Shown: positions 42,096-52,849 of the stretch, in pieces
Position numbering within the stretch: position 1 is the first letter of the stretch
Layout: each line of letters begins with the position of its first letter
Source of the DNA: a virus
IMG/VR virus record: IMGVR_UViG_3300049491_000357
Location: 22,839-86,838 of that record
Strand: one strand, 5' to 3'
DNA: 64,000 nucleotides
Notes under the pieces: generated by a model
The model's database searches: none
Told to the model about the DNA's origin: nothing
Seen by the model: only the letters and a program-made list of their open reading frames with translations
Program-made: the position numbers and the translations under genes

Positions 42096-42605
42096 TCAGC
42101 AAGGTATACACCCAGTTGGAGGTGCCTGGGGCTGAACTTGCATAGGAAAATCTGGGTACACACGGATGACCCTGTACTGCCAAGTTTCCATGGGACACGG
42201 GGGAGGAGAGTCGTAATTCTCCCGTCCGTCGAGTGCCGCCACATAGTGGGACAAGGCCAGGAAGATGTTGCGTGGCAACTCAGCCGTTTCCGCTTCCCAG
42301 GACTGTATCTCCGGGACAGTGACCCCCAAAAAAGTTGCAGCCTCCGTCTCAGACCATGGGATAGCAAATCTCAAGAATTGGAAAGACTGCCCTCGAATGA
42401 GCCCTGTTTGAGCCAAAGTAGATCCCGCCCGCAACTCCGCCTGATGGGTATGCCTGGGGTCAAATACTGGACCCCAGGCACGAAGTATTGCAGGCAGCTG
42501 GGCTACAAAGTAGACGTTTGTGTTGCCCACCCGCATGAGATAATCAACAAGGATTTGGCATGCGTCTACGACGATTGGCAGACAGGGATCGTCACAGCAA
42601 GCCAT
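42096..42605 (-). CDS. Cro/C1-type HTH protein (MqsA-like architecture)
   Basis: GQSFQFLRFAIPWSETEAATFLGVTVPEIQSWEA; Cys-rich termini. Confidence 0.65.
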   Translation of the reverse strand: MACCDDPCLPIVVDACQILVDYLMRVGNTNVYFVAQLPAILRAWGPVFDPRHTHQAELRAGSTLAQTGLIRGQSFQFLRFAIPWSETEAATFLGVTVPEIQSWEAETAELPRNIFLALSHYVAALDGRENYDSPPPCPMETWQYRVIRVYPDFPMQVQPQAPPTGCIPC

Positions 42606-42608
42606 CTA

Positions 42609-43220
42609 CTATCTCCGGAATCGCTGGTACTCTTTTTCGGCCCAGGCAAGCTGCTTTGGGGAAAGCAGTCCTTTGTAGCGAACCAACCGTTGTAGCATGT
42701 CCGCGAAGATGCTTGCATTTGGAGACCTCGACTGGGAAAGCGCCTCCAGCATCTCGATCTGCCGCTCCTGCTCAGATTTTGCCTGCTCAGGATTGTTCTC
42801 GATGTACTTCTTCTGCTCCTCACGAACGGTAGTCATCTGCTCCGACTTCTGCCGTTCTTCCTTCGAGTCCTCAAAGATCTCGATGGCGTCCTCGATTCGT
42901 GAGCGGAGGTTGTCCCTCCAATTCATCGTGCGGTGGACACGCTGCATCTTGCCCGCGATTGGACGATCGGTCTTCAGGTTGATGAGGGTCACACGAATCG
43001 AGTCTTCCCCCTCACCACGAGCGTTGGCCCCATCAAAGATCGAAGTCTGGACCTTGATGACGTTGTTCGGCTCATCGTCGTCAGGCGTCAGGATATAGAC
43101 CCACTCACCCCAGCGGCTCTTCTCTTTCCGAGGACTGAGGGCACGGAAGCCACGACGAATGGCCTTGTCCATGTCCTCCATGGTGATTTGGGTAAACGTT
43201 GCTGCCGCTGTAACGATCAC
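42609..43220 (-). CDS. Hypothetical protein
   Basis: Likely GTG start overlapping helicase stop (GTGA); ARGEGEDSIRV...RVHRTMNWRDNL; tandem TAG TAG stop. Confidence 0.65.
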   Translation of the reverse strand: MIVTAAATFTQITMEDMDKAIRRGFRALSPRKEKSRWGEWVYILTPDDDEPNNVIKVQTSIFDGANARGEGEDSIRVTLINLKTDRPIAGKMQRVHRTMNWRDNLRSRIEDAIEIFEDSKEERQKSEQMTTVREEQKKYIENNPEQAKSEQERQIEMLEALSQSRSPNASIFADMLQRLVRYKGLLSPKQLAWAEKEYQRFRR

Positions 43221-46200
43221 GACGCACCTCCACTGAAGTCGTAAGAGTACCCTTCGGGACCCTCCTCTGGGTCGGGACCCATATCCTGGAAGGCACTCAC
43301 GGCCCAATCGCCTTGGGAGGCAGTCTTTGGCGTCCCATCCTCGCTCTCGCTTTGGATGTTCTCCCCTGGTTTGAGGTCCGCCTCGTACACAAAGGAGCTG
43401 ATGCCTGCCGGTTTCCCACCCAGAGAATTGGGGCATACGATCCGAAGGTTTTTTGCGGCACGAGTCAAAGCAACGTACCCCAGACGGCGTTCGTCCTCCC
43501 AACGCTCCTGTTCCTTCACCGGATCGGGAGGAGGATCTCCAGGCTTTGGTTTGAACTCGATAGGGAACTTACCCCTTGGCATCTGAACATAGACGTTCTT
43601 CCACTGGGCTCCCTTGACCGAGTGGACAGTCCCAACATAGACACCCGGGGGCCGTCGCCGTTGCTCGGGCGGGAGAGCCTCTTGCTCCTTGTTCCACTTG
43701 TCTGTGTCAGTACGAAGGTCACGCATTCTAGTTGCGTACCTGGACATTTTATTGGCGAACCCGATCGGCGTCGTGGGGGGAGAAAGGGAGTCCCCTTCAT
43801 CCGTGGGGTCAGGTTCCGCCAACTGGTAGAGGAAAGAGACGTTACCAAGGCCCTTGGTCTCGTCCTTCTCCTCGTCCTTCTCCTCGTCCTCGTTATCGTC
43901 GTCAGGCTCATCTCCGCCCATGGCGTTACGAAGATTCGTCTTGAGACTCTCACGGAAGGTTTGATCCACTACCTGGCCATCTTCAAACGTAACACCCTTG
44001 ATCTCCAGGATGTCATCGAAAAGATCTGTGGTCTTGTAGTCAGGGTCACTTGTTCGAACCTTCATGTCTTGAAGGGTGTAGAGAAGGTCTTTGACCTTCT
44101 CCTCAAACTTGTAGCCCTTCCCTGTTCGAGTGAGCTTGGCCAAAGCAGTGGCCAAAATCCGCACGAAGGTGATGTCCTCAAGGGCAGCCAGCGGATTGAT
44201 GCTCTTAGCACTAGTTCCTTTGATACGAGCATACTGGGAAAAGCACTCTTCGATCGCCTCAGGGGCTTTCTTGGGGTCGCTGAGGAAGAACCGATTTGGG
44301 TTGTTGATGACAGCACCAAGAGACTTCTGAGCCTTCTCGAAGTCTGTCCCTGTCACGAGCTGCACATACCCGAGAACCGCAGCCGTTTCAGGGGACCCCA
44401 AGAACGAACCTGACCCTCGGCGAGCATAGGGGATCCCACGGATGATACAGGCCGTCTCGTATGAGTTCAGCTCCTTGTTCGTTCGACACAGGATGGCGTT
44501 GTCTGTGAGGTCCCCCCCGAGGACTTGGTCTTGCTTGATTTCGTTGATCGTGGAAATGGCAGCATCAGCCTCATCCGCAGGTCTACTGACTCGAATGCTC
44601 CCAACCCCACGTTTCCGATCAGGGGCAGGAACTTGGGGGATAGGAACGTTCCCCTCGTTTTGGGAGATGAGATTGTTGGCAGCGTCAACGATCTCGGGTT
44701 CGCAACGGTAATTTGTGCGAATCACACGAGTCTTCCAACCCTCTTTCTCGAAAATATCCTTGAAAAGCGAAGCCTTGGCTCCCTGGAAAGAGTTGATCGC
44801 CTGCTTGTCATCTCCGACGATCCAAACGGACTTCCCGTCAGCACCATCTGTGATGTGCTCGGACATCATATCGATGATGTCCGCCATGAGCCCGTTTCGG
44901 TCTTGGGCTTCGTCCACAATGATGTGGTCGAACATGCCTTGAACCTTGCGGCGTACAGCTGGGTCTCGCTTCAAGATGTCTCGGTACATCTTGAGCATGT
45001 CCGTGAAGTCTCCCAGCCGTTGGCCGTTCGCCCGGAACCTCGCCATGAAGCCTTCGTACGCCTTCGTTTGGCAAGGGGGCTTCCAGTTAGGGGTAACGCC
45101 CTTCAACCCCTCATAGATCTCATACCACTGGGCAGTCAGTTTCTCCTCTTGGGTGGTGGCTTCCGCAGCCGCTTGTTGTGGTGAGATGTCATTTCCAGAC
45201 CACTTCGTCTTGTTCATCACAGCGGTCTTCAACTTGGGCGCAGGACCGAGCTTTTCCTTGTAGCAGTCCTCCCAAATCTTCTGGACAGCGTAGGCGATTT
45301 TTTCGCCCCCTTGAACGAACCCTGGCCCCAAGGCGTTCTTTTCAGAACCCGTCCCAAACTCCGAGACGAACCGTCGGAAAAGAGAGTGCATGGTCCCCAC
45401 GGACATTTGTTGTAGGGCATCCGCTCCAGCAGAACGTCCGATCTTCTCCTTCAGTTCAGAGGCTGCTTTGCTGTTGAAGCTCGTGACAAGGATCCGGCTG
45501 GGATTCGCCCGCCTGTCACTCACAAGATAGTCCACCCTTGCTACCAAGGTGGTGGACTTCCCAGAGCCAGCTCCAGCAAAGACACCAACACGACCATCTG
45601 TGAGGGCAGCCGCTCGCTGCTCATCGTCGAGCTTTCGAAGAGACTCAGGGACGTTTTGGGGATTGTCTGGGTCACTCGTGACAGCCGCAGCCGTCGCCGC
45701 AGCCACACCAATGACCTCAGATCGAGTCAGGGGCTTGTCTTCCTCCCCTGACTTGACGATCGCCTTCTTGGCCGTTTCTGTGGCGGCCACCTCAATCTCT
45801 CCCAGACGCTCGGCCCGAGCGTCTGAGGCAGCCACAGCTCGCTCAGATGCAAGGTCACCACCATCTTGACGAACTCGATCCCCAAGAAGCTTTGTCGTTG
45901 CGTCAGTGGCCCCCTTCGTGGCTTCCTGTACAGGGTTGATGATGGCAGTGCCAGGCTGCACCACCGCAGACGCCTCATCAATCCAAGCCTCTAGTCGCTT
46001 GTTCTTCAGAACGAGGGCGGAGAACTTGTTGAGGGCAGCATCGGCATCCTCAATCATCGAGGCTTCGATTGCTTCCTGTACCTCACGACGAGCTTTCGTT
46101 GACGTCCCAAAGACAGCCTTCGTTGTCGTGGTCCCACCCTTGGAGAGGACCGTACGAAGTTTCAACGCTCGAACTGAGGCCCCCTTGGGCGTCGGAGGCG

Positions 46201-46495
46201 GACGCATAGCCGCTTCAAGCAAAGCAATACTGGCCTTTGAGACCAAGTTCGACTTGATGAATGATGTAATCACATCAAGATTCTGACGCTCAGCGAAACG
46301 TAGAAGGGTTAGCCCTTTTTGAAGGGTCTGAGACTCTTCTGGGTTGGGATCTCCCGACTCATCGAGGTACCGCATGAAGGTATCAAGAGCGAACAAAAAT
46401 ACCACATAGTCCGCAATGACCAACTCTTGAAGGCCAATATCCTCTTCCTCAAGATTGGCTTTTCTCGACGGGGCTGAGTAGTCGTAGGTGAGCAT
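43217..46495 (-). CDS. UvrD/Rep/PcrA-family SF1 helicase with long N-terminal extension
   Basis: AGAGSGKST, VDEAQD, VGDDKQAINSFQGA, TNYRC, TVHSVKG, ERRLGYVALTRA; start ATG 46495 after GAGG. Confidence 0.95.
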   Translation of the reverse strand: MLTYDYSAPSRKANLEEEDIGLQELVIADYVVFLFALDTFMRYLDESGDPNPEESQTLQKGLTLLRFAERQNLDVITSFIKSNLVSKASIALLEAAMRPPPTPKGASVRALKLRTVLSKGGTTTTKAVFGTSTKARREVQEAIEASMIEDADAALNKFSALVLKNKRLEAWIDEASAVVQPGTAIINPVQEATKGATDATTKLLGDRVRQDGGDLASERAVAASDARAERLGEIEVAATETAKKAIVKSGEEDKPLTRSEVIGVAAATAAAVTSDPDNPQNVPESLRKLDDEQRAAALTDGRVGVFAGAGSGKSTTLVARVDYLVSDRRANPSRILVTSFNSKAASELKEKIGRSAGADALQQMSVGTMHSLFRRFVSEFGTGSEKNALGPGFVQGGEKIAYAVQKIWEDCYKEKLGPAPKLKTAVMNKTKWSGNDISPQQAAAEATTQEEKLTAQWYEIYEGLKGVTPNWKPPCQTKAYEGFMARFRANGQRLGDFTDMLKMYRDILKRDPAVRRKVQGMFDHIIVDEAQDRNGLMADIIDMMSEHITDGADGKSVWIVGDDKQAINSFQGAKASLFKDIFEKEGWKTRVIRTNYRCEPEIVDAANNLISQNEGNVPIPQVPAPDRKRGVGSIRVSRPADEADAAISTINEIKQDQVLGGDLTDNAILCRTNKELNSYETACIIRGIPYARRGSGSFLGSPETAAVLGYVQLVTGTDFEKAQKSLGAVINNPNRFFLSDPKKAPEAIEECFSQYARIKGTSAKSINPLAALEDITFVRILATALAKLTRTGKGYKFEEKVKDLLYTLQDMKVRTSDPDYKTTDLFDDILEIKGVTFEDGQVVDQTFRESLKTNLRNAMGGDEPDDDNEDEEKDEEKDETKGLGNVSFLYQLAEPDPTDEGDSLSPPTTPIGFANKMSRYATRMRDLRTDTDKWNKEQEALPPEQRRRPPGVYVGTVHSVKGAQWKNVYVQMPRGKFPIEFKPKPGDPPPDPVKEQERWEDERRLGYVALTRAAKNLRIVCPNSLGGKPAGISSFVYEADLKPGENIQSESEDGTPKTASQGDWAVSAFQDMGPDPEEGPEGYSYDFSGGAS

Positions 46496-46511
46496 CCTGA
46501 TTACCTCAATC

Positions 46512-46754
46512 CTATAGGAGAAAAGCAAAAAAGCTACTTGCTAGGAGCCAATACCCCTTCATCAATGAGTCTCCCCAGCAAGCTTTTGTGAGTGCTTCTC
46601 GTCGATTTGCCTCACAAGCCTCGGAACGAATTCGAGTCCCTGGGAATTGGCCACGATACGACTCGGCCGTGACTCCATGCACCGCCTTGAGATGGCGGGC
46701 CAGAGTCACGGCCGAGTGTTCGCACAGAAGACATAGAACGTGGTCTTCGGGCAT
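46512..46754 (-). CDS. Small MucR/C2H2-like zinc-finger protein, possibly truncated
   Basis: CLLC...LARHLKAVHGVTAESYRGQFP. Confidence 0.6.
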   Translation of the reverse strand: MPEDHVLCLLCEHSAVTLARHLKAVHGVTAESYRGQFPGTRIRSEACEANRREALTKACWGDSLMKGYWLLASSFFAFLL

Positions 46755-46816
46755 CTAAGTCCGAAGCTAGCCTTGGACTATGTCTGTCAGTCCTTTATTC
46801 TTATTTCTGCCTGCCC

Positions 46817-49800
46817 TAAGATTCTTGCCCTGAGGTTGAAAGTCAGAATGATGTACAAAAGTGGGAAGATTGGCTGGTAGTACGCCTCAAACCTCATGAC
46901 CGTGGGGTCATCAGGGTCGATCGAGGATGTGATACCCGTGAAGGCCCCAACGATCTCCGCCTGAAGCAGTCCCTTGAAGAGGGTCGTCATCGTGACGTTA
47001 ACCTCGTTCGTTCGGCTAGCCAAGAACTTCGTCCCAATGAAGGCATCAAGGACAATACGGCTCTGCTGCTGGACGAAGTCAGCGATCTGCGTGACTGTTG
47101 GAAGTCGCGTCAGAACGTTGCTCATGTTGGTGGTGAGACCCTGTCGAACCCGGATGATGGGGTCAAGGTCCTCAAGCAGGGTGATACCTGCCACCGCCGT
47201 CTGGTTTGCCTCAACAGGGTCGAGGATGCGTGGGATCCGAGTGAATCCAACGATGTTACGCCGCGTGTATGGGGTTGCCACGTCCACGGCTGGCGAGACC
47301 ACAGCTCCTGACATCGCCGCAGCGAAGAAGGTGCCGTCGACAAGCTGTTCGAAGTTCTGACCCAATTCGTCAGTCAAAGTGATGACCGCCGAATCCGGGT
47401 AGAACGCTACCATACGATTCGAGTTGAGAGCCCGTGCGATAGCCTGAGCACTCAAAGGGGTCGTCCCAGAGGCGAACCCAATGAAGCCCATACGTTCTGC
47501 TTGAGCCCGAATCGTGCTCTGGGTCTCGACGTGCTGTGTGAGGTACGAGTACACCGCAGTCGAGGTTGCCAGAGGCACCAAGAGGTCAGGCTTGATGTTG
47601 CCCGGCAGCGGAGTGGCCAGCCCATCGATTGCCGCGATGAAGCTCTGGTCACTCGCTTGGTTCGTGTTCGGAACCTTGAGGACCTGCTTCACCCCAACGA
47701 GAAGGGCTCCGTTGAGGATCGCAAGGTACGCACCCAACGTTGCACGGTTTTCGCCGGAGGCTTTCCCAAAGGTCGCTTCGATCGTCTTGAGCTGACGGTA
47801 GAGGCGGGTCGAAAAGTCCTGCTTCAAGTACAGGTAACTGATGAAGTAGAAGTCACCGACCTTGGGTTCAACCCCACCTGGGTTGAACGTCTGGAGTGAA
47901 GCGGTGTCATTCACCGCAACCCCAACCGTGTTGTACACGAGGGTCTCCAAACCTGGAACCGCGTAGAACGGTCGGCTTGGATCCACCATGAAGGTCGGCG
48001 AGACCGTCATGGTGAACGAGCCACCATTCGTGTAGAGACCCGTTGAGGCAGGGAGCACCGTAAACCGGAGGCCCGTGACTGCATCGGTGTACGTCTGCCC
48101 AGGGATACCCGTTCCCGCCGAACCCGAGGGGTTGTTCGACGAGACAGTGTAGATCTGCTGAGCATCTTCCCCGTTATCACCATCCGTACCAGGAGTGATC
48201 TTCGTTCCCGTGGTCACGTTGAAGGCAGAGTTTGCTGCATTCAAGAAGGCAACCGAGGAGGTCGTGAGACCTACTGTGATCGACTCAAACGTGATGTAGG
48301 TCGCGCCATCGAGGGTGGTTGCGTACGCAAACCCATCCACTTGGAAGCCAACCGTGTCCATCAGGACATCAACGACTTCTTGGGGGTTCACGAGAGTCTG
48401 CGACGCAGAGTCATTTTGGTTGAAACCAAGGGTGGCATTTGCGTTGCCATCCAAGATAACCAAACTGCTGGTTGCATCATTGACCGTCGAGAGGAGACGG
48501 AGGTGGTCGAGATTCAGCAGAGTACCTGCTGATGCAACACCCGGGGTCACCGCGTTGACGGCAGCAGCCACAGCCGCTGTGGTTACAGCCACACCAGCAG
48601 GCAATGTGGCTGCGTAGTCTGTCCCGTTCACCCTGTACTTGAAGGTGTCGTTGAGGCCCGTCGTGATGTTGAACGGACCAGCGATTGACCCAAGCAGGGT
48701 GGCGGCCTTGTTGATTGCACCCGTGGTTCCTGCTGAGCCCTGGAAGGCTGTGAAGCCCAAGACCTGCTCAACATTACCCGACTCAATGCGGACAGTTGAA
48801 ACCACATCCAGACCACCAGGGAGAGCCCCAGGGGTCGTCGTGCTCTTGATGATGAACACGATGTCGCCCGTGAGGGGGCCAATCTGGAGGTACGAGGCAA
48901 CAACCGAACCAACCGCAACGTTGATGTCGCTGACGATTTGGGCCGGTGTGCGGTTACCCGCAGTCAGGGCAACCGGATAGACTGTCCCATCAACACTGAC
49001 ATTCAACGTACTCAGAGCGGGGATCGTGATCTTCCCCGTGTCGATACCCGTCTGGATCGGCACAACGTGCCCACCAATCAGGTAGGCGGGAGCCGCCGTC
49101 GCGAGGTTGGTTGTGTAGGTGACCCCGTTGAGCTGCGTTGTCCAGGTTGCCGAGGTTGGGCTGAAGAACGAGTAGGGACCCTGACCCTTGATGGTGTAAG
49201 CTGCGTTTTTCGCAACATCCATCGAGAAGAGGACCGTAACTGTCTCAGAAACCGGGGTCCCAGCACCCGTGTGGAATGCGTCGGGGATCTGCTCAACACC
49301 ACGAGGCCACTGCACAATCTGAGGCAGACCCGTCTTCGACCCAAATCGGGTCTGAAGGAGGTTCGCGTTTTGCGTCGTGGAGAAGACCGTGTACTGTCCA
49401 GCCCCCACAGGTCCAGGCACCGTGCAGGTGAGGAGGTAGGTGTCGTCAACGATCCGGTTGTAGTAGAACGTTGCAAACGCGAACCAATCGGGCGGGACGG
49501 GGTCCTTGAGGGTGACAAGACGATTCACACCGTCAACCGAGATCACCGTTGCAGCTGGTCGATTCAGTGCGTCTCGGAGGTTGCGGCCAACACGAACCAC
49601 CACCAGATCAGGGCGATTCGTAACAACGTCCTGCTTGCCGTTGGTGATCGAGTTGTAGAGCGGTAGCCCCAACGTCGTATCACGCCCGTTACCCGTCGTA
49701 GGCACTTCGGGCAAGTAGAACTGCGTGGTCGAAACGACAGCAGGGATCGTCGTGTTATTGACGAACCGATCACACTCCCCAAGGTACAGTTTGTCATCGC

Positions 49801-51052
49801 TCAACGAAGGGGTGACCTGGGTGTTGTCGAAGGGTTCCGAACCAGGCGTCGTATTCCCAGACGTGACCTGGACGCTGGTGCCCCAGTGCACAACCGACAC
49901 ATCCTCACTTGGGTTTTGGATGACGAAATCCTGCCCCTGGATGTAGTCCGAACGACCTGGTGCAATACCACACCGAAGCACCGTCGTAACGAAGGTGTTC
50001 GGGAGATAGTCGAACGTGTCCTGCCAGGTGTTCGCCCAGTAAGTCACTGTGACGGTCGAACCGAGCGTCGGAGCGAACGATAGGGTAACGGTACCGTTGG
50101 CACCGTCCACCGCAGTGGGGATCGTCTGGATGTTGTTGACCTTGACGACCACCTTTGAGGTGTCGGTCGTTGTGAGACCACCCCCAGAACCGTCCACGAT
50201 GGGGCGGTTGAAGACCTGGAAGGTCTTCTGGCGATTGGTCTTCGTCCCAGGTTGGAAACCAAGAGGTCCGTTTGCGGTGCCAGCCTCGATCTCGATCTCC
50301 TGTGTCGCCGTGAACAACAGGTGATCCAAACCCTGGTTGTCGGTGAAGACGGCGGTTGAGAAGTTCGGGATGAGCGCCGCATCAATCTGCGTCTTCATCC
50401 CGTTGGCAGTAGTCGAACCTGCCGCAAAGATGACCGTGTAGGAGGTGCCGTTCACCTTTAGAGTGAACGTGTCGTTCGACCCCGTAACGATGGCGAAAGG
50501 AGAGAAACCGGGCGTCGTAAGCTGAGCTGCCGTCGAAGTCACCTGTGCCGACACGTCATCCGTGAAGGCAGTGTCCCCTCGATGGAAGAAGTACGTCACC
50601 CGAACCAGGTCGGTCGGCTGCGTCGGGATCTGAAGTGTGACGAGACCCTTCTGGCCATTGACCGCACCCACAGAAACGGGCACACCGTTCACCGTCACTG
50701 TGACGGTTCGGATGTCGTTGGTTACTCGTCCGAAGCCCTGCCCATCAACGATGGGGTAGTTACGAACACGAAACGTCGTACGTGTCCCATCTTGTGCTCC
50801 AAGGATGGGGTTCAAAGGGTTCGTAGCATCTACGATCCAAGACAAGCTCACATCTTCATTGTTGATCTGCTGATCAACAGTGGCAGACGAGCCACGAACG
50901 ATCTCCACGTCGTTCTGGGTCAGTTCTTCCTGACCCACACCAATCACCACAGGGATACGCAATCCCGCAGTGAAGTTGGTGAGATTCGCTTCAGTCAATG
51001 TTCGGGTGTATGCACCCGGCGGGACGTACCCGACGAAAGGCCCCTGAGCCAT
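46817..51052 (-). CDS. Tail sheath protein (ends at TTA)
   Basis: N-terminal YVPPGAYT; C-terminal IRVRQGLTT...FIGTKF...YQPIFPLLYIILTFNLRARI then TTA 46817-46819 (standard-code stop 46787). Confidence 0.92.
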
Positions 51053-51198
51053 AGTAGAGATCTCCTCAGTGAGTGAAATTTGATACAGATATTAGGGATT
51101 CGACTCTCTCTTATCCCTTTGAGGCGGATCCGATTTGCGTATGGGTCTGGGTCTGGGTATCTTCTATCCTAGGGGCACAAGAAGATTACTCAACTCCC

Positions 51199-51636
51199 TT
51201 AGCGGGAGGCACGACTTGTCTGAACTGCGGTAAGAATCTTCTTTGCCCTGTCTTTTCGACTGGCCAACCCAGTGTCGGTCATGGGCTCGTACTCGATGTA
51301 CCCCTCACCTTGGTGCCGGATGAGGGCATGGGTCGCACCCTTTGTTCGAGCTTCGTTCTTCACCTTCTTACGATCCTCATAAGAAGCCCAACGATTTGTA
51401 GCCGAACGCCCGACCGCTTGGTCGGCTGTAGGGTAATCTTCCTTGTGGACTCCTGAGTTGCCAACCTTCTCGGTGGGAACCTGGAACCCAAATGCGAATC
51501 CTTCCCCCTCAAGACATCGGGGAGCGTCTTCACCACACGATGGACACACGAAGGTAGGGTACTCAGCCATCTTCAACATGCGTTCGAATCGACAGTTGCA
51601 GACTTCATTTTGACACTCAAAAACGTAGCGTGGCAT
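51199..51636 (-). CDS. FmdB-like zinc-ribbon protein
   Basis: MPRYVFECQNEVC...FE...CPSCG. Confidence 0.8.
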   Translation of the reverse strand: MPRYVFECQNEVCNCRFERMLKMAEYPTFVCPSCGEDAPRCLEGEGFAFGFQVPTEKVGNSGVHKEDYPTADQAVGRSATNRWASYEDRKKVKNEARTKGATHALIRHQGEGYIEYEPMTDTGLASRKDRAKKILTAVQTSRASR

Positions 51637-51661
51637 AGGGGGCTCTGATTTGATGAGAGGG

Positions 51662-52822
51662 TTACTTAATTCGTTCGTAATCGTTGTTGCGGCCAGCAAT
51701 TATGGGGAACGTTGCCATGAACATACCAGGGGTTTGCACAACCAAACCGGCCGAACTTGTGGTCTTCTCTGTAGAGACCTTCGATATAGCCAAGGGCAGC
51801 GGGATGTGCATTTCCCAGTCGGATCGAAACTGGAGGCTCAAGGACGCCTGGTAGTAGTTGAGGTCCCCCGTCTCGTCGTAAATTTCTTCACTTTCGCCCC
51901 CGATAGAGATGTCCACTATCTCTATTCCTTCGAACTCCAACAGGGCCTTCTTTTCTGCCCACAGATACATGACCACAAGGTCAGCCAACTCCTCTGTGGC
52001 TACAGCATCAAGAGAGATGACATCGAGGTCGAAACTTACTTCGAACTTACCCCCATAGGCCAAAGCGGCATCGGTTCGGTCAGGACTAACCGCAATCGCA
52101 ACCTTATCTCCAACCTTTGACCGTTTACCAAAGGCCAGCACAACACCAGGAAGCGTAGTGAAGTCGCTTGTATTCCATTGGTACTTAAACGGGCCTCTGC
52201 TCTCCTCCGAAAACCTGTAGTCCGCAGCCACAAGGTCATTTGGGTTGAAACGTACCAAGAATTGAACGGCCCCTGTCTGGTAATCGATGGTGTAGTCGAC
52301 CCCATCCTTGAGGAGAACGCGTTGGTTCAACCACAAACGCACAGTTCCCTGCAAAGGGACATTTTGAAGCTGAGCCTCTCGCTCAATTCCCGACTGAAAA
52401 TGAGCGAGAGGCTCTTCGGTCACAGTGCGTAGAGGGTCTACGGCAAACGAACCGAAGCCCTGAGGGTTCTCAGGCACCTCCAAGATCTCCAAGTAGTAGA
52501 TCCCAGGGGGCGTGGGCATCTGTCCATTGTTGGCCCGCACCGCATTAAGGTCCTCTCGGACCCACTCAATAGGGTAGACAGGCTCCCCAACGTAAGAGAG
52601 CATCACAAAGCTCTCGACGTTACCCATGAAGTTGTCCCCCGACAAGGACACCTTATTGGCGCTTGACCCCTTCACGATGATCCCCATCTGGGGACGTTCT
52701 TTGAAAGAGAAACGGTTTTGGATGTTCGGGGCAACCTTCGAGTAAATCGGATGCCTGCTGAAGCTGTCCTGTAGCTCCAACACCAAACGACGCTTCAAAG
52801 CGGAGACAAGATAGTAGTAAAT
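51662..52822 (-). CDS. Putative tail completion/terminator protein (probable ATT start)
   Basis: Upstream of sheath; FDLDVISLDAVATEELADLV; frame open to ATT 52822 behind GAGGTG; ORF track starts at TTG 52798. Confidence 0.65.
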   Translation of the reverse strand: MYYYLVSALKRRLVLELQDSFSRHPIYSKVAPNIQNRFSFKERPQMGIIVKGSSANKVSLSGDNFMGNVESFVMLSYVGEPVYPIEWVREDLNAVRANNGQMPTPPGIYYLEILEVPENPQGFGSFAVDPLRTVTEEPLAHFQSGIEREAQLQNVPLQGTVRLWLNQRVLLKDGVDYTIDYQTGAVQFLVRFNPNDLVAADYRFSEESRGPFKYQWNTSDFTTLPGVVLAFGKRSKVGDKVAIAVSPDRTDAALAYGGKFEVSFDLDVISLDAVATEELADLVVMYLWAEKKALLEFEGIEIVDISIGGESEEIYDETGDLNYYQASLSLQFRSDWEMHIPLPLAISKVSTEKTTSSAGLVVQTPGMFMATFPIIAGRNNDYERIK

Positions 52823-52849
52823 GACCCACCTCTTTTCAGGTCACTCAGG

